A stretch of DNA of 64,000 nt from an uncultured Acidobacteriota bacterium (GTDB lineage: Bacteria > Acidobacteriota > Terriglobia > UBA7540): positions 480,001 through 544,000 of the forward strand of contig CAWDSK010000002.1 in NCBI GenBank assembly GCA_963804995.1, given 5' to 3'. Position 1 is the first letter of the stretch, and the number at the start of each line of letters is the position of its first letter. This document shows positions 60,835 to 64,000 of this stretch, one piece after another. Both the position numbers and the translations under genes were made by a program. The notes beneath the pieces were generated by a model that was given only the letters and a program-made list of their open reading frames with translations, was not told the DNA's origin and ran no database searches.

Positions 60835-61071
60835 ACCGATGGCTCTTGCTTCAGCCCTTTAGCGCAACGCCGGTGGCACCCGCCACCGGCGTTTTCATCA
60901 GCCGGGGCGGGCCGGGCCTACGCCCACCGAAGGGTTACCTGGGAGCCGTAAACAACTTCGGCTTCGGCCCGCAGGCGGGTGAGGGGGTTACCCAGTAAGG
61001 AATCGAGGATCAAGTAAGGGCGCTTCGCGAACCGCCCCTACAGTACGTAAACCCCCCGCCGGCCCCTACCC

Positions 61072-62133
61072 TCACTTTGAATCCGGCGGGAGAGTGTAAT
61101 ACTGGTACGACACCTCCCAGGTAAATTCACGGCCGGGTTCGATGGTCATCGCGACGAAAGGCTCTATGGCCAGCACGCTGCGAATCGACCACAGATTCAG
61201 GTGCGAGAGCGGACGATTTCCGCGGATGAGCATGCCGGCGCCCACGTGGCGGTTCTCGATGCGGATCTCGTTGTCTTTGGGACTGTTGCCATACCCCAGC
61301 ATGGGAGTGCTCACCACATCCTTATTCGCGAGCGTCTGCAAGTAGACCACCTGGTTGCCACGAATCTCCGCCAGGTCTTTGTGGGGCGGCTCCGGGGAAT
61401 GAATCTGGAAGGGAACCGTGAGGGAGAAATCGGGACCGGGCGGCTGGTGGTCAAGCACCAGGAAATTGTGATTGTAGACGCTGCTGTGGATGGTGAGGCG
61501 GCCGGTGTTCTTCAAGGTGTGCTCCAACACCATCTCCGGCTTGCCGGGAATGAGGCGCACGGTCTTGTGATAAACGTAACCGTAGCCAGTGGCCGGGTCG
61601 GTCAACTCCTGGGTGAAGTCAACGGAATCCGGATGCGTTTTGACGCTCCATTTGCCCGGGTCAACAATCTCGTACTGCTTGACGTAATCGTATTTTGCGC
61701 TGACTTTGCGCAGCACTCCCACTCCGATCTTGATGAAAGTGCCGCCCACCTTGGCCTCGTCGAATCCGAGTGCGCTCTGGTTGGTATCAAACTCTTCGAC
61801 AGGACCGGGGATACCGGAACAAGTTGAGGCGACGATTTCCGCACCCTCGTACTCGAAGTCATTGACCCGTGGATCGACGCGGCTATACCAGGGCCCGTAA
61901 TAGTTGTGACCCTTGTACTCGAGTGCGGCAACGACTCCTGACCAATCGAAGCGCGTTCCTCGATAGTATCCCTTACGGGCATCGGGCAGATAAAGTTTAG
62001 CCCGAAGCGGGCCGTTAGTAATTTCCGCCTGCGGCACGTCCGCTTCCGGCGCGTCCCAACTAGCCGCCAAGCCCAATACCACGGTCAGGGCCAGCACCGC
62101 CGTCGATCCGATTGCAAAAAGTGAGTTCATCAT
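61072..62133 (-). CDS. secreted hypothetical protein (possible mutarotase-like beta-sandwich)
   Basis: Signal peptide, GYYRGTRFDWSG, YNHNF, AIEPF; fold assignment is a guess. Confidence 0.65.
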   Translation of the reverse strand: MMNSLFAIGSTAVLALTVVLGLAASWDAPEADVPQAEITNGPLRAKLYLPDARKGYYRGTRFDWSGVVAALEYKGHNYYGPWYSRVDPRVNDFEYEGAEIVASTCSGIPGPVEEFDTNQSALGFDEAKVGGTFIKIGVGVLRKVSAKYDYVKQYEIVDPGKWSVKTHPDSVDFTQELTDPATGYGYVYHKTVRLIPGKPEMVLEHTLKNTGRLTIHSSVYNHNFLVLDHQPPGPDFSLTVPFQIHSPEPPHKDLAEIRGNQVVYLQTLANKDVVSTPMLGYGNSPKDNEIRIENRHVGAGMLIRGNRPLSHLNLWSIRSVLAIEPFVAMTIEPGREFTWEVSYQYYTLPPDSK

Positions 62134-62514
62134 TTTTGACCTTCCGTTCTTGAGGGTTGATTGCCACTTGCCAATCATTGTCTCCTGGCAGCCAGTGTTT
62201 TAACACAAGTTGCGGGTACTTTTATAGCTGGGACTTCGCACCATGCCCAACCTCTTCGTAGCGCGGTCCCCCGGTTTTGGGGTCCGCGGTTCTTAGTTTG
62301 GAAAACCCAACAATCACTATCCCCGGCGGTTGTGCCATGCCACCCTACGTGCGCAGAACCTTGGAGCCTCATTGAAACTCCTGTAATATGACTCCGCAAG
62401 GGGCGGGTTGGGAATCGCAAATAATGAGTTGCACCAAGACGACAAAGCCCCAGGACTCCGGCCGGCCTGTGCCGGGATAGCCTGCCCTGCTCATCCCGAT
62501 TGCCAGGGGAAAGG

Positions 62515-64000
62515 ATGGAACTCATGGAAAAAGAGCGTAAACCGATTGCCGGGTCAAACCGAGGGAACGGAGTTTCGCGTCGGCGGTGGCTGCAAGGCAT
62601 GGGGTTGGGCGCCACAACTGGCTTTGCGCAGAGGCTTTTTGCGGTTGGAAATTCCCACGCGATAGATGGCGATGCGTCGGGGGCGGTCGGCGGAGACGAA
62701 GCGGAACCAGCGCAACTTCTTCCGGGAACCCGGGCACTGACCGCTACCGGCGATTTCTCCGTGGAAATGCGCAAAGGTTTCGACCTGTTCCTGAGCCGCG
62801 AATTGGACCGTTCCATCGAAGCCCGGCAAAAGTTTTGGCAGAGGAACACATCCTCAGCCGCGGCATACATCGACTCCGTTGAGCCGAACCGGGCACGCTT
62901 TCGAACCATCATCGGATTGGTCGACACGCGAGTTCCGGTCACTGCACTCATGTACCAACACACGACGGAGTCTCCCGCGCGGGTTGCCGAAACGGCTGAC
63001 TTTACGATCGACGCAGTATCCTGGCCCGTGCTGGAAGGAGTCTCCGCAGAGGGCTTGCTGCTCAGACCAAAAACTAAACCTGCCGCCCGCGTCGTAGTCA
63101 TTCCCGATGCCGACCAGACCCCGGAAATGCTGGCGGGACTCGCAGCGGGAACCCCACCCGAGCAGTGGCTGGGCCTGGCGCTTGTCATGCGCGGCTGCCT
63201 CGTGCTGATTCCCACCTTGATTGACCGCAGCGATACCTGGTCAGGCAATCCTGCTGTCTTCTTCACCAACCAGCCACACCGCGAATGGATATACAAACAG
63301 TCGTATAGCTTGGGACGGCACATCATTGGATACGAAGTTCAAAAAGTTTTGGCGGCCATCGATTGGTTCGCCAAGGATAGAGGGAACGACCCGCAGAGAA
63401 TCGGCGTGGCGGGTTACGGCGAAGGTGGGCTCATCGCTCTCTATGCGGGCGCGGTGGACGGCCGGATTGACGCCACTCTGGTCAGCGGCTATTTCAATTC
63501 GCGCCAGCAGGTGTGGCAGGAGCCGATCTACCGCAATGTTTTTGGCCTGCTGCGTGAATTCGGGGATGCGGAGATTGCCAGCCTGATTGCTCCGCGTAAG
63601 CTCATCATCGAGCACAGCCCGGGGCCACAGATCGACGGTCCTCCCAAGCCTGAGGCGGGTCATCACGCAGGCGCGGCCCCGGGGATTTTGAGGACGCCGG
63701 AGGATTCCTCCGTCGCGGCGGAAGTCAAGCGAGCCGCCGAACTCGTGCCAAAAACCGGAGCCTTCGAGGGCTGGATCACCCTCGTGGCGGGGCCCAACGG
63801 AACCCCGGTTAGTCCCACTTCCCCCCGCGCCCTGGCACGGCTGTGCGAGGCTGCGGGGGTCTCAGCGGGCGTCGTCCCACCAAAGAATTCCCTCCTGCCG
63901 GATGCCCGCCGGAATTTTCAACCTTCAGAACGCCTGCATCGTCAAGTACAAGAACTCGTCGCCTACAACCAAAAGTTGTGTCATCAGTCGCAGGGCTGCA
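62515..64000 (+). CDS. Tat-exported alpha/beta-hydrolase (dienelactone hydrolase-like), partial; absent from the ORF track
   Basis: Open frame to the right edge; SRRRWL Tat motif; GYEVQKVLAAIDWF..IGVAGYGEGGL (degenerate nucleophile elbow); VSGYF. Confidence 0.8.
   Translation, partial: MELMEKERKPIAGSNRGNGVSRRRWLQGMGLGATTGFAQRLFAVGNSHAIDGDASGAVGGDEAEPAQLLPGTRALTATGDFSVEMRKGFDLFLSRELDRSIEARQKFWQRNTSSAAAYIDSVEPNRARFRTIIGLVDTRVPVTALMYQHTTESPARVAETADFTIDAVSWPVLEGVSAEGLLLRPKTKPAARVVVIPDADQTPEMLAGLAAGTPPEQWLGLALVMRGCLVLIPTLIDRSDTWSGNPAVFFTNQPHREWIYKQSYSLGRHIIGYEVQKVLAAIDWFAKDRGNDPQRIGVAGYGEGGLIALYAGAVDGRIDATLVSGYFNSRQQVWQEPIYRNVFGLLREFGDAEIASLIAPRKLIIEHSPGPQIDGPPKPEAGHHAGAAPGILRTPEDSSVAAEVKRAAELVPKTGAFEGWITLVAGPNGTPVSPTSPRALARLCEAAGVSAGVVPPKNSLLPDARRNFQPSERLHRQVQELVAYNQKLCHQSQGC

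Overview
GC-rich bacterial chromosomal window, probably Acidobacteriota/Terriglobia (inferred from the Oar-type TonB receptor and gene style). At least nine conserved genes are split by single-base indels, which look like long-read errors rather than pseudogenes. Main contents: (1) hemA divergent from a respiratory operon with two tiny monoheme cytochromes, an ImcH/NapC-like multiheme protein, Rieske, cytochrome b and a nonaheme cytochrome; (2) a 14-kb minus-strand corrinoid methyl-transfer/folate cluster (fhs, cNMP protein, metF-metV fusion, AcsE-like, Hcy-methyltransferase, DUF1638, three URO-D/MtaA-type proteins, ASKHA activator, corrinoid protein); (3) rpmE, thyX, TA modules, GIDE-LemA-LemA, hydrolases and a TonB receptor. 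The intergenic DNA carries a dense, layered set of small repeats. These include nested REP-like palindromes (one nest sits in-frame inside a TPR gene), a Y1 transposase with inverted hairpin flanks, and heptamer arrays bracketing a four-helix-bundle gene. An uncharacterised ANRxN-GPxTxEGK gene has its 3' end and AT-rich tail recurring as truncated copies. There is also an unannotated 11-aa lysine-rich ORF with a strong RBS, a terminator and tandem NrdR-like boxes. No rRNA, tRNA or CRISPR array was recognised.
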